From positions 8,637 to 72,636 of the IMG/VR virus record IMGVR_UViG_3300002461_001027: 64,000 nucleotides of DNA; one strand, 5' to 3'. This document shows positions 35,339-44,937 of the stretch, in pieces. The number at the start of each line of letters is the position of its first letter. Position 1 is the first letter of the stretch. This DNA is from a virus. Below the pieces are notes generated by a model that had not been told where the DNA came from, ran no database searches, and worked only from the letters and a program-made list of their open reading frames with translations. The translations under genes were made by a program, and so were the position numbers.

Positions 35339-35398
35339 GGGGCAGTTCTCTCACGGTCGTCAGGGGTCCTGCAAGGCGTGACTCGCCACTGGACTTTC

Positions 35399-35428
35399 GT
35401 GACAATCGTGGTAGAGCACTGCTATGGA
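35399..35428 (+). promoter_or_regulatory. phage promoter (same family, degenerate)
   Basis: GTGACA ATCGTGGTAGAGCACTGC TATGGA. Confidence 0.45.
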
Positions 35429-35777
35429 CCTGACACCGGCCGACATTCTGCTGCGTAGCATCCAGCTCGTGATGCACCTCTCCATCATCGTGATGTGCTG
35501 GTACGCGACCGGGTACTGGCGCCGGATGCGCGCACTGCAGGAGGAGAAGCTGGGCAGCGCTGCGTGGCAGGTGGAGTCGCAGCAGCGTGCTCGTGACATC
35601 TACGCGGCAGCGAAGGGCGACGTCCTGTGGTCGAGGTACCTCGACGACGAGAACGACTATTTCATCGCAGAGCTGGTTCGGCTGCAGGATCGCGACGAAA
35701 AGCGCAAGCGCGACGGCGAAGTGGGCGAGTATGTCCGGGGCATCTTGAAGAAGTACGGCGAGGCGCGTGAGTCATGA
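35424..35777 (+). CDS. hypothetical protein, N-terminal TM
   Basis: Stop in palindrome 35769. Confidence 0.55.
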   Translation: MDLTPADILLRSIQLVMHLSIIVMCWYATGYWRRMRALQEEKLGSAAWQVESQQRARDIYAAAKGDVLWSRYLDDENDYFIAELVRLQDRDEKRKRDGEVGEYVRGILKKYGEARES

Positions 35778-36166
35778 CTCGACCGCCGCCGTACATTTTG
35801 CACAAGGTCAGAGGCAGCCAAGGTAGGGCTGACGGCGAATACTATTCGTGGACTGTAGCCGTGTACGAAACGCGAGAAGAGGCTGAAGCCGAGCTGCGCA
35901 GAGTGCGGCAGGAGCTACGCATCTTCAACGCCGAGTTCGATCGGCTACTCGCCGTCGAAGCGGCGACTGGCGTCGACCAGCACAGGCGCGTCAGGACTCT
36001 TCTGAATCGAACGCTGCCGCACGACCCGGACGCGCTAGCGCACCGGATGAGCACCGACCGGAAGTACGTGCTCGAACTAGAGTACGTGTACAGCAGCCAC
36101 GCAGCGCGGCTCGAAGAGCGCGCCGCACTTGATGACCAAGCAGAAGAGAAGGGTTGGAAGAGATGA
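35774..36166 (+). CDS. hypothetical protein
   Basis: Start in palindrome 35769. Confidence 0.55.
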   Translation: MTRPPPYILHKVRGSQGRADGEYYSWTVAVYETREEAEAELRRVRQELRIFNAEFDRLLAVEAATGVDQHRRVRTLLNRTLPHDPDALAHRMSTDRKYVLELEYVYSSHAARLEERAALDDQAEEKGWKR

Positions 36167-36441
36167 TCAACTGGATGCCCCTCATCAGCTTCCTCGCCGT
36201 GCTCGCCGCGCTGCCGCTCGTCCTCTGGCGCATCTACCGCCGGGCAGAGACGCTGGGTCGAGGCCTCATTCCGCTCACGCCCGACCATCGGCTGCGTATC
36301 GCGCTCGCCTTGCGCCTGCTGGAGGACGCCCGGGCTGAGCTGGAGAAGGTGAAGGAGACGACGCACCCAGAGGTGCACCGGCTCACGGTGAACGTGAGCA
36401 TGGCGGAGAACCACGGGCGCCTGCTGCTGAGGAACTACTAG
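36163..36441 (+). CDS. hypothetical protein, N-terminal TM
   Basis: LISFLAVLAALPLVLW. Confidence 0.55.
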   Translation: MINWMPLISFLAVLAALPLVLWRIYRRAETLGRGLIPLTPDHRLRIALALRLLEDARAELEKVKETTHPEVHRLTVNVSMAENHGRLLLRNY

Positions 36442-37064
36442 CGGCTGACGACGTACATGCGCTCGGTCGGCACGCCGTAGTCGGCGCCTTCGAGCCACTG
36501 CACGAGCGCAGAGTCGTGGCGCTCGACATCACGGCGGAACTTCTCGATGGAGCTGCGGATGTCCTCTTGCTCGTCCGCGTAGGCGTAGCCCTCGAAGTTC
36601 CACCACGCGTTGAACACCAACGCCGAGCTGGTGGCGTTCCACAGCGTGTTCAACAGCTGCCGGATGCTGCGGAAGTTGTGGAAGGCGCACAGGCCGATGG
36701 CGAACGTGAGGTCGACCTTCGGTGCCGGGTGCGACAGGAGGTTGAGTCGCCGGAAGTCGACGCCCGGGTGGTTCAGCATCGCGGTGGCGATGAAGTCCTC
36801 GCTGCAGTCGGTGCCGACGTAGCTCTTCGTGCCGCCCCGCTCCTGCAGGCGCTCGTACAGGTGGCCCATGCCGCAGCCTGCGTCGTGGACGGCGAGACCC
36901 ATGGGCTCGGCCCCGACCTGCCGGGCGAGGTCGATGGCCATGTCGAAGTTGAGCAGCTGCAGCGGCCTCGACGTCCACCCGAGCTGCAGCGCGGGGTCGT
37001 CGGGGTGCTTCTCTGCGTACATCTTGTAGATGCCGGGGACGTTGCGCTTGGGGGCAGAAGTCAT
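36438..37064 (-). CDS. class I SAM-dependent methyltransferase
   Basis: VHDAGCGMG (motif I), YVGTDCSEDFIATA (motif II). Confidence 0.8.
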   Translation of the reverse strand: MTSAPKRNVPGIYKMYAEKHPDDPALQLGWTSRPLQLLNFDMAIDLARQVGAEPMGLAVHDAGCGMGHLYERLQERGGTKSYVGTDCSEDFIATAMLNHPGVDFRRLNLLSHPAPKVDLTFAIGLCAFHNFRSIRQLLNTLWNATSSALVFNAWWNFEGYAYADEQEDIRSSIEKFRRDVERHDSALVQWLEGADYGVPTERMYVVSR

Positions 37065-37067
37065 GAC

Positions 37068-37475
37068 TCAGGCCTGCGCGGACGAGGGGAACTTCTGGTT
37101 GTAGTCGACACGCTTCAGCTCAGTGAGCCACGCGTCGAGCCGCAGGGCCTCGTCGTACGACAACAGCTGATCCGCGAGGATGAGCCGCCTGCTCTTCGCT
37201 CTCTCGCCGTGCGAGAAGAAGCCGATGACGAGCAGGCAGAGCGTGTTGAACGAGATGCCCTGACGCGGAGGGTTGAACTTGTCGATCACGCGTCCGGCCA
37301 CGGGGAAGGTCGCCGGAGTCAGGCACCCACCGCCCTTCGCGAAGGGCGCGTACACGTAGATGCGCGGCTCGCCGCTCAGGGAGAAGTCGGTCGCGAGCAG
37401 GACGAGGTCCTCCGTCTCGAACTTCGCGTTGTAGACGAACGTCGGAGCCTTCGGCGAGACGATGGGCGCTTCCAT
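37068..37475 (-). CDS. hypothetical protein
   Basis: AGGAG-like RBS; stop abuts palindrome 37058. Confidence 0.6.
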   Translation of the reverse strand: MEAPIVSPKAPTFVYNAKFETEDLVLLATDFSLSGEPRIYVYAPFAKGGGCLTPATFPVAGRVIDKFNPPRQGISFNTLCLLVIGFFSHGERAKSRRLILADQLLSYDEALRLDAWLTELKRVDYNQKFPSSAQA

Positions 37476-37497
37476 GGTGGGGGTCTCCTACTGCGGG

Positions 37498-37788
37498 TTA
37501 GAGGTACTTCTGCGGGATGGTGAGCTTGCGCCAGCGCACACCTTCGGTGAGGCCGAAGTCGCGGCGCATCTGCTCGCAGTGAGCGCAGACGCAGATGGTC
37601 GCACGCGGCTGCTGGTACTGGTGCGCCCAGTGGACGAAGCGCGTGTCCCGCTCAGCTTCTTCCCGCTTGGCGTCGAGGTAGCTCATGAACAGGTGCCGGA
37701 GGACGGCGATGAAGGTAGAGGTCACGGAGACGATGAGGAGGGCGAGGGCCCACGCTTGCGCGAGCCCTGTATAGGTGAACCAAATCAC
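37498..37788 (-). CDS. small membrane protein (CVCAHC)
   Basis: GTGA overlap with the upstream stop; TM segment. Confidence 0.5.
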   Translation of the reverse strand: MIWFTYTGLAQAWALALLIVSVTSTFIAVLRHLFMSYLDAKREEAERDTRFVHWAHQYQQPRATICVCAHCEQMRRDFGLTEGVRWRKLTIPQKYL

Positions 37789-39590
37789 GAGCGTTCGAGG
37801 CCCACCACGTTGTTCATGACGAGCTGGAGGTGCGGTCGCCGGGCGACCTCGCCCGCGTAGAAGACCTCGGGCTTGATGCAGTAGACGCCGTGGTCCGGGC
37901 TCTTGCCGCCGCGCAGGGTGAGCGTCGTGAGCGCGCTGTCGTTCGCCGTCACGAGCCAGCCGTTGTTGAAGAAGTCGCGCCACACGCGCTCGTGACCGTA
38001 CCCAGCTCGGCTGAGGATGTCGTTGGCCTCGTGCGGGATGTACGCCATGCCGTAGACGCCTTCGACGCCGACCATGCGGTACACGGTCTTCGCGCTGCGC
38101 TCGCGACCTTCGTCGCAGGTGTCGTCGTAGTAGAGCGTCGGGTTGGAAATCCAGTGGTCACGGAGCTTGGAGAGCGCCTTCTCGGCGTAGCTCAGCTGCT
38201 TCGTCGGCGCCGTCTCCTTGATGGCCAGCGTCGCGTCGTCCAGCGCGCGCTCCCGCGCCTCGGCGACCGGGATGTCGAGGAGCCATGACTCGGCCAGCGT
38301 CTGGGCCGTCGCGATGACCGCGCCGTACTGGCAGTGGTTCGAGTCGACGCCGATGCGGTTGATGAGCGCCTCGCGCATCTCAGCGCAGAGCTGGCGGACG
38401 ACGTCCACGCCTCGCGGCGCCTTCAGCAGCTCAGCGAGCTGGCGGAGGAAGGCCGGGCCTGCGTGCCCGAAGTTCTCGGCGGTGAAGGGGTAGATGCTCT
38501 CCGCCTGCCGCTTGCTCTCGAAGGCCTTCGAGTGAATCTGGAGCACGCGGTTGAACTGGCCGCCGACGTCGCCGTTCGTCACCAGCGGCACCTCGCCCGT
38601 CGTGCGCGCGATGGTGAGCCACTGCTGGCGATCCTGCCGCAGGCCGCCGTCCTTCGCGCCACGCTCACGGCCCGCGCCGGTGCAGATGGAGTAGATGAGT
38701 TCCTCGCTGCTGACGGTCGAGACCTGCTTCTCGTCGAACAGGACCGGGAGGTCCGTGAGGTGCTTGAACACCTCGGTGAGCGAGATGGCCGTGCGGTTGA
38801 GCGAGCTGTAGAGCAGCTCGGGGTTGCCCCACGCGCTCAGGGCGAACACCGCCGTCGCCGTCTTGCCGTGCGAGCTGTCGCCCCAGTGGTGCACGATGAA
38901 CGTGCGGCACTTGAGCATACGCAGGAGCGGCGGCGCGAAGGTCGACCCGATGAGGAAGCGCGGCACCCAGCTCGCGCTGTCGCGCAGCTCGCGCCACTTC
39001 GCGTACCACTCGTTCGCGTCGCCGTGCGGCGAGAAGGCCAGCGTGTACTTCGCGTTCAGCCGGGGGTCGGCTTCGAGGTTGCCGTCGCCGATCCACTGCT
39101 TCCCGATGAGCCAGCCCATCTTCTGGTCGACGAGGTACGGGCCGCTGCGGTGGCCGACGCGCAGGAACGGCAGCGTCTTGCCGTTGAGCGACTCCATCGA
39201 GCGCAGGTACATCAGCACGCCTTCGGCGTTCACGCTGTCGATGGGAAGCCCGGCAGCGCCGAGCTGGCCGAGCATGCGGTGGTCAGTCACCTGTCCGCGC
39301 CCGAGCCACACGCTCTTCACGTTGCCGTTCAGCTCGGAGAACGTGAGCTGCATCAGCGGCTCTTCGGTGTCGACGGTGAAGCCGAGGCTCGAAATCCAGA
39401 GCGGGCGGTAGCAGAGCTTCTTGCGCCCAGACCGGTACGTCAGCGGCAGCTCTTCGTGCACGCTCGGCGTGGTGGCCATCGCCCTGTGCGTCAGCGTGTA
39501 CACGCCGTCAGCCCAGATTTCGTAACCATCGGGCACGATGCAACCAGCGACGACTTGCCCCACGCGCCCTGCGTCACCACTCTCGTACAT
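37785..39590 (-). CDS. DUF927-family replicative helicase-like ATPase (no primase domain)
   Basis: WGDSSHGKT Walker A, LPVLFDE Walker B, RER...W...TTGE, and an R finger typical of DUF927/Cch-like proteins. Confidence 0.8.
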   Translation of the reverse strand: MYESGDAGRVGQVVAGCIVPDGYEIWADGVYTLTHRAMATTPSVHEELPLTYRSGRKKLCYRPLWISSLGFTVDTEEPLMQLTFSELNGNVKSVWLGRGQVTDHRMLGQLGAAGLPIDSVNAEGVLMYLRSMESLNGKTLPFLRVGHRSGPYLVDQKMGWLIGKQWIGDGNLEADPRLNAKYTLAFSPHGDANEWYAKWRELRDSASWVPRFLIGSTFAPPLLRMLKCRTFIVHHWGDSSHGKTATAVFALSAWGNPELLYSSLNRTAISLTEVFKHLTDLPVLFDEKQVSTVSSEELIYSICTGAGRERGAKDGGLRQDRQQWLTIARTTGEVPLVTNGDVGGQFNRVLQIHSKAFESKRQAESIYPFTAENFGHAGPAFLRQLAELLKAPRGVDVVRQLCAEMREALINRIGVDSNHCQYGAVIATAQTLAESWLLDIPVAEARERALDDATLAIKETAPTKQLSYAEKALSKLRDHWISNPTLYYDDTCDEGRERSAKTVYRMVGVEGVYGMAYIPHEANDILSRAGYGHERVWRDFFNNGWLVTANDSALTTLTLRGGKSPDHGVYCIKPEVFYAGEVARRPHLQLVMNNVVGLERS

Positions 39591-39693
39591 GCGGAATCCC
39601 TCTCCCAAGGGGGGTGATGCTGTACCACGAACCCACTAGCGCGCACCACTACTTGTTGACCCGTACACTGTAGCAGGGTATGAGGGTTCCTCC

Positions 39694-42324
39694 ATGGTCG
39701 TCACAACCGACAAGCGCTTCCCCTTGGGACGTCGAGGCGACCGCCCGCTCTCCGTGCCCGCCGAGCGCGTGATGCAGGACCTGCTGAAGGACCTCATTCC
39801 CGGAGCAGCGTACAGGAACGGCGCCCTGCGGTTCTCATGGGACGCGACGCCTGCCGTCAAGCGCGCGCTCGGAGCGGCGGACTTCCACTTCCCGGACATC
39901 CAGTCGCTTGACCTGCCGGGGCTGGAGGAGTACCAGCGCCACTTCGCGAAGAAGCTGCGCGGGTACCAGAAGCAGATGGTGCAGTTCCTCGCGCTCCGCG
40001 CGTACGCCATCAACGCCGACCCGATGCGCTGCCTCTCGGGGAAGTCACGACTCACCGTGAACCGAGGCGGCAAGGCGTTCACCATCACGATGGAACGCCT
40101 CGCGAAGGGGGTCAGTGGCCAGCTCGGCTGGGACCTGAGCATTCCGACGAAGGCGCAGTCTATGGACGCGCACGGTTCCATCGTCCTCAACGACATCACG
40201 CTGCTGCACCGGCCGGGGAAGAAGCCCTGCATGCGCGTGAAGCTGTCAAACGGCTCGACGTTGGAGTGCACGGCTGAGCACAAGCTGCTCACGCCTCGGG
40301 GAAAGGTTCCGCTGCAGGATCTTCGCGTCGGGGACTTCGTGCTCGTCGCCGAGTGGCCGAAGGCGAAGAAGGACTGGAAGCGCCCCGAGAACAAGTCGCG
40401 CTACTTGCAAGGCTTCTGGGACCACCCCTTTGCAGAGAAGGGGACGTCGAAGCGCAAGAACCGTCCGGTCGAGCGCTACGCTCGCGTGAAGAAGCATCGC
40501 CTCGCAGCTGAGGCGAGCGCGAGCGGGCTGCCGTTCGACGAGTACGTGCGCCACGTGCGTGAAGGACTGCACGACGGTCTCGTCTTCCTCGACCCGCGCA
40601 TCTGGCACGTCCACCACAAGGACGGCGACCACTCGAACAACGACCCCATCAACCTTGAAGTCATGACGCAGGAACAGCACTCACGCCTTCACGGCATCGA
40701 GGGCGCGTGGCGGCACGTCAACGGTCGTGCGGTGCCTGCGACCATCGTCTCAATGGAGTACGCGGGCGAGCAGGAGGTCTTCGACCTCACGATGGCGAAC
40801 CCGCTGAACAACTACGTCGCCGAGGGCGTCGTGGTGTCGAACAGTGGTAAGACGCCGACCACGCTCGCCGCCGCCTCGGTCGTCGGCTCGAAGAAGACGC
40901 TCATCGTCTGCCCGAGCATCGCGAAGCTGGTGTGGGCCTCCGAGCTGGTGAAGTGGATGAAGCAGCCCTCGCTCATCCTGTACGGTCGTTCAGCGTCAGA
41001 GGCGCGCGAGTTCTGCGTCCCGTGCGACGGCACGGGAGTCATGACTCTCGACGGCAGCCCGGCGCACTGCCCGAGCTGCAAGGCGAAGAACGGCCAGTCG
41101 TACGGCGCGCGCATCCACAAGGGCCCGGAGGCGAGCCTCGAAGCGCTCAGCCGTGCGCGCTTCGTCATCGCGAACTACGACATCCTCACGCCGCAGATGA
41201 AGAAGGACGACGCGGGGAAGCTGTCGGAGCGCGAGGACTTGCCGGGCTGGTACAAGGCGCTCGCGATGGCGGGCTTCGACCTCGGCATCCTCGACGAGGC
41301 GCACATCCTCCGGGGGCGTCCGAAGGGCTCGGGTGAGGCGCGCACGCGGACGCGCAAGGCGAAGCTGCAGGTCATCCTGCAGAACGTCGAGCGCGTCTGG
41401 GCCCTCTCCGGCACGCCCATCTTCGGGCGCGTCGCGGACCTCTGGTCACTGCTCGACGTCATCTCCGAGGGGCTCTACGGTCGCCCGGGCTTCAGCTTCG
41501 ACAAGCGGTACGCCGGAGGGCACTCGGGTGAGTGGGGCTGGCAGAACGACGGCATGACGAACCCGGAAGAGCTGACCGAGCGACTCGCGTTCTTCATGCT
41601 CAAGCGCTCGCGCTCGGAGATTCTGCCGGAGCTGCCGCCGAAGACGCGGCAAATCATCCGCATCGACGCGTCGAAGGCGAGCTTCAAGATGCCCGAGGAG
41701 CGCACGTCGAGCGCGCTGCACAACGCGCTGCGCGTGACGGCCAAAATCAAGGAGGAGACGGTCGTCGAGAGCGTCGTCGGAGAGTGCGGCGAAGGCGCGA
41801 AGGTCGTCGTCTTCGCGTACGCCCGTGACCACGCCGAGTCGCTCGGGAAGGCCATCGCCGAAGCCTCGGTGACGGACCCTCGGCTCAAGCTGCGCAACAT
41901 GCGCGTCTGGTGCGTCACCGGCGACACGCCGCCCGAGGCGCGCTTCAAGCAGGCGCAGGCCTACCGCGAGTGGGTCGGCTCGGCCGCCTTCGTCGCCACC
42001 ATCGACTCCGTGCCGGTGGCCATCTCGCTCAAGGGCGCCCAGTCGGTGCATTTCGCGGCGCTGAACTTCGACCCAGCGTCGCTGCTGCAGGCTGAAGACC
42101 GCCCGTACGAGGTCGGCACCAGCGGGCTCGCCATCATCTACTACGTCGTCGACAAGACGGTGGACGACCACGTGGTGAGCATCGTGCTCCCGAAGATGGA
42201 GGCGATGGAGGCCATCGTGAAGGAAGACGCAGCCGGAGACTTCCGCACCGCCTTCGGCGCGAAGGAAGACCCGGTGAAGGTCGCCGAAGAAATCTGGAGC
42301 CGGATGTCGGCTGCAGCGCTGTAG
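39694..42324 (+). CDS. SNF2-family helicase containing an HNH intein
   Basis: DPMR/SGKT Walker A (split), ILDEAH, LSGTP, LKRSRSEIL.ELPPK, QAEDR motifs. Confidence 0.9.
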   Translation: MVVTTDKRFPLGRRGDRPLSVPAERVMQDLLKDLIPGAAYRNGALRFSWDATPAVKRALGAADFHFPDIQSLDLPGLEEYQRHFAKKLRGYQKQMVQFLALRAYAINADPMRCLSGKSRLTVNRGGKAFTITMERLAKGVSGQLGWDLSIPTKAQSMDAHGSIVLNDITLLHRPGKKPCMRVKLSNGSTLECTAEHKLLTPRGKVPLQDLRVGDFVLVAEWPKAKKDWKRPENKSRYLQGFWDHPFAEKGTSKRKNRPVERYARVKKHRLAAEASASGLPFDEYVRHVREGLHDGLVFLDPRIWHVHHKDGDHSNNDPINLEVMTQEQHSRLHGIEGAWRHVNGRAVPATIVSMEYAGEQEVFDLTMANPLNNYVAEGVVVSNSGKTPTTLAAASVVGSKKTLIVCPSIAKLVWASELVKWMKQPSLILYGRSASEAREFCVPCDGTGVMTLDGSPAHCPSCKAKNGQSYGARIHKGPEASLEALSRARFVIANYDILTPQMKKDDAGKLSEREDLPGWYKALAMAGFDLGILDEAHILRGRPKGSGEARTRTRKAKLQVILQNVERVWALSGTPIFGRVADLWSLLDVISEGLYGRPGFSFDKRYAGGHSGEWGWQNDGMTNPEELTERLAFFMLKRSRSEILPELPPKTRQIIRIDASKASFKMPEERTSSALHNALRVTAKIKEETVVESVVGECGEGAKVVVFAYARDHAESLGKAIAEASVTDPRLKLRNMRVWCVTGDTPPEARFKQAQAYREWVGSAAFVATIDSVPVAISLKGAQSVHFAALNFDPASLLQAEDRPYEVGTSGLAIIYYVVDKTVDDHVVSIVLPKMEAMEAIVKEDAAGDFRTAFGAKEDPVKVAEEIWSRMSAAAL
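40030..40842 (+). mobile_element. intein (271 aa) with HNH homing endonuclease
   Basis: Starts CLSG, has the block B LECTAEHKLLT, HVHHKDGDHSNN..NL (HNH), ends VFDLTM..NNYVAEGVVVSN followed by +1 Ser. Confidence 0.9.
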
Positions 42325-42357
42325 GAGTCATGACTCGAAGCACTGGAGAGGGACAAC

Positions 42358-42609
42358 ATGGACATGCTGAAGCGGTTGTGTGACGGCCCGGGCTGCAAGA
42401 ACATGCACGAGATGCCGCTCGTCGAGGCGACGACGCGGAGCGCGCCGAGCGGGTGGGTGTCCGCGACGGTGGACATCGCAGCGCCGACCAACGACGTCAT
42501 GGACGGGAAGGTCGACGGCGACTTCTGCTCCGACGCGTGCCTCACGGCCGCCATCGCAGCTGAGCGCGCGAAGTGGGTCAGCGGTGGGGGCACGGGAGCG
42601 GAGAAATGA
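42358..42609 (+). CDS. hypothetical protein (CDGPGC...FCSDAC)
   Basis: TRASH/MYM-like Cys pattern. Confidence 0.55.
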   Translation: MDMLKRLCDGPGCKNMHEMPLVEATTRSAPSGWVSATVDIAAPTNDVMDGKVDGDFCSDACLTAAIAAERAKWVSGGGTGAEK

Positions 42610-42842
42610 GCGTCATCACCCTCCAGAAGGTCCGCTGCGACGGACGCGACGAAGCAGGGAAGCCGTGCTTGAAGGAGGAGCCGCAGCCCTCGCCGGAGCT
42701 GCGCTGGTGGCTGGTGGCCACCGTGAAGGTGTCGCTCGGGGACGCGCTGCTCAACAAGGACTACTGCTCCGTCGAGTGCTTGGCCAGACGGGTCGCGGAG
42801 TACGTGCAGCGGCGGAAAGAAGCCGAGGAGCGCACGCGATGA
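42606..42842 (+). CDS. hypothetical protein (CDG...YCSVEC)
   Basis: Cys pattern similar to the previous gene. Confidence 0.55.
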   Translation: MSVITLQKVRCDGRDEAGKPCLKEEPQPSPELRWWLVATVKVSLGDALLNKDYCSVECLARRVAEYVQRRKEAEERTR

Positions 42843-43078
42843 GCACCGTCGAGTCGCGGCAGAAGGCGGAGGACGAGCGCGCCGAGGACGCGCGTGTCGA
42901 GCGCGCGCTCCGGGGTTTGGGCCTGAGCCTCGACGTCTTCGACGAGGTGCTGATGAAGCACCACGGCGACGAGGCCGTGTTGACGCAGTTCGTGATGGGG
43001 TTCGACGGTCTGCCCGTGCTGGACGACGCCGGGCGTGCCATTCGCCGTACAACGCAGGGAGAGGGAGAAGACGAATGA
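42839..43078 (+). CDS. hypothetical protein
   Basis: ATGA-coupled. Confidence 0.5.
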   Translation: MSTVESRQKAEDERAEDARVERALRGLGLSLDVFDEVLMKHHGDEAVLTQFVMGFDGLPVLDDAGRAIRRTTQGEGEDE

Positions 43079-43566
43079 ACTGGAAGGCGTTTCAAGTGAA
43101 GGAGCAGCCCGAGCGAATCGTGCTCGTGATGACGGAGAACCTGCACGAGGGCGTGCGTGACGAGGATCGCGAGACGTTCGCGTCAGCGCTCGCGCACAAG
43201 GTCACGGCTCGGCTGCGGCGCGTCGGGTACCGGAAGGTCAGCTTCACCGGCCGCCCGTCGGTGATGCCGACGACGAAGGAGGAGCTGGGGAAGGTGGTCT
43301 GGGGCGCGCAGCCCGGGAAGTGGGGCATCCACGCGTGGATTTCCGGCGGGCGCTGGCAGTACCACGCCGAGCACCTGACGAAGCTCATCGTCGACGAGTC
43401 CAACCGCATGCTCGCCGAGCTGACGCTCCACTACGTCCAGCAGGACGCGGCGAAGACGAGCACCGAGGAGGCGCAGCGGGCGGTCGACGCCGCGAAGCGG
43501 ACGGTCGAGGTGGAAGTGAAGGTCGACCCGTACGCCAAGCGCATCATCATGCCGGGCAAGTTGTGA
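43075..43566 (+). CDS. hypothetical protein
   Basis: ATGA-coupled. Confidence 0.6.
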   Translation: MNWKAFQVKEQPERIVLVMTENLHEGVRDEDRETFASALAHKVTARLRRVGYRKVSFTGRPSVMPTTKEELGKVVWGAQPGKWGIHAWISGGRWQYHAEHLTKLIVDESNRMLAELTLHYVQQDAAKTSTEEAQRAVDAAKRTVEVEVKVDPYAKRIIMPGKL

Positions 43567-43829
43567 CTCGGCGCGCGTTCACCATGGTCGAGCTGCTCAT
43601 CGTGGTGGCGCTCGTCGCCATCCTCGCAGCCATCGTCCTGCCGTGGGCCTACCGGCGCGGAGAGACCGTGCCGGAGCAGGAAGCGCGCGCAGCAGAGCCG
43701 CTCATCCGGGACCGCGAGCAGTGCGAGAAGACGTGCCGCCTCGCGGGGCTCGTCTTCGAGCGCTTCATCTTCGGCTGGGCCAACAGCAACGGCATCAGCT
43801 TCGACCAGTGCAGCTGTAGGAGACCCTGA
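43563..43829 (+). CDS. prepilin-like protein (class III signal peptide)
   Basis: MTRRA/FTMVELLIVVALVAILAAIVLP: basic leader, F+1, E+5, hydrophobic helix; C-terminal Cys residues. Confidence 0.8.
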   Translation: MTRRAFTMVELLIVVALVAILAAIVLPWAYRRGETVPEQEARAAEPLIRDREQCEKTCRLAGLVFERFIFGWANSNGISFDQCSCRRP

Positions 43830-43831
43830 CC

Positions 43832-44248
43832 ATGCCGAGCATCGACTTCAACCTGTCGTCCGAAGACGTGATGAACCTGCTCACGAAGCGCCTGCACTGG
43901 ATGCGCGACGTACGGCGCGTGCACCTCGACTTCGAGAAGCGCGATGTCTTCGCGCAGGTCCCGAAGCCACCTGAGCGTAAGAAGGGCGGAGGGTGGGAGG
44001 AGCCCGAGAACTCCATCCGGCGCATGGCGCAGCTGGCCGACCGGCTGAAGGTGATGCGGCAGCAGGACATCGACGACCCGCCGCAGGGGCCACTCGCCGC
44101 CATCCTGAGTGAGCTGGAGCTGTGCGAGGTGATGCACGCCCGGCTGCAGGCGTTCATGGATGCGCACGAGTACGGCGGGTCCGCCTTCGACCTGTTGACG
44201 CCCGTAGACCGGAACGAGCTGTACAAAATCAAGTACGTGCCCGACTGA
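43832..44248 (+). CDS. hypothetical protein
   Basis: GGAG RBS. Confidence 0.6.
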   Translation: MPSIDFNLSSEDVMNLLTKRLHWMRDVRRVHLDFEKRDVFAQVPKPPERKKGGGWEEPENSIRRMAQLADRLKVMRQQDIDDPPQGPLAAILSELELCEVMHARLQAFMDAHEYGGSAFDLLTPVDRNELYKIKYVPD

Positions 44249-44286
44249 CAAACATGGTAGGGTTATACAAGGGAGTGGGGAGACCG

Positions 44287-44937
44287 ATGTCCGAAGAGAC
44301 CACGCCGCACAAGCGGCGCACGCTAGACAACTACCAGACGCCGGTGCGCCTCGCTGACGCCATCACGCGACGCGTGCTCTCCGTCATCAAGGAGCACGAC
44401 GGCCACACGGGCTTCGGTGAAGGGTCCTTCCTGCTGGAGCCCTCGGCAGGCGTCGGGCGCTTCGTCACCGCTCTGCGCACGGAAGTCCCGAGCGCGTTCA
44501 TCGCTGCCGTCGAGCCGCGCAAGGTAGCCGTGGCGCGGATTCAGGGTGCGAGCGCCATCTTCACGCGGACGCTGGAGCAGCACGTCGCGTCGAACCAGTA
44601 CCGGTCCATCGACCTCGCGCTGGGCAACCCGCCCTTCTCCCGGGCGCAGGAGCACGTCGAGCTGCTCAAGCCGCGCTGCCACTGGGTGGCCTTCCTCCTG
44701 CGGCTCAGCTTCTTGGGCTCGCAGCACCGAGCCTCGACGTTGTGGAAGGCACCCAACAGCCTCCGCTACATCATCCCTGTCGCGGAACGCCCGAGCTTCA
44801 TCAAGAAGCGCTCGGAGAAGACCGGGAAGCTGAAGGACACGACGGACAACGGCGAGTACGCCATCTTCATGTGGCGGCGCGGCCACCTTGGGCTCGCCGA
44901 GGTGCTGCCGCACCTCTTCTGGAAGGAGGAGTCATGA
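44287..44937 (+). CDS. orphan N6-adenine DNA methyltransferase
   Basis: DNYQTP, LLEPSAGVG (motif I), GNPPF (motif IV), FLLRLSFL. Confidence 0.85.
   Translation: MSEETTPHKRRTLDNYQTPVRLADAITRRVLSVIKEHDGHTGFGEGSFLLEPSAGVGRFVTALRTEVPSAFIAAVEPRKVAVARIQGASAIFTRTLEQHVASNQYRSIDLALGNPPFSRAQEHVELLKPRCHWVAFLLRLSFLGSQHRASTLWKAPNSLRYIIPVAERPSFIKKRSEKTGKLKDTTDNGEYAIFMWRRGHLGLAEVLPHLFWKEES

Noticed and set aside
44245-44270. Promoter-family member before the MTase
   Set aside because: CTGACA..ATGGTAG is present but the TATACA box is only 13 nt away; geometry does not fit.
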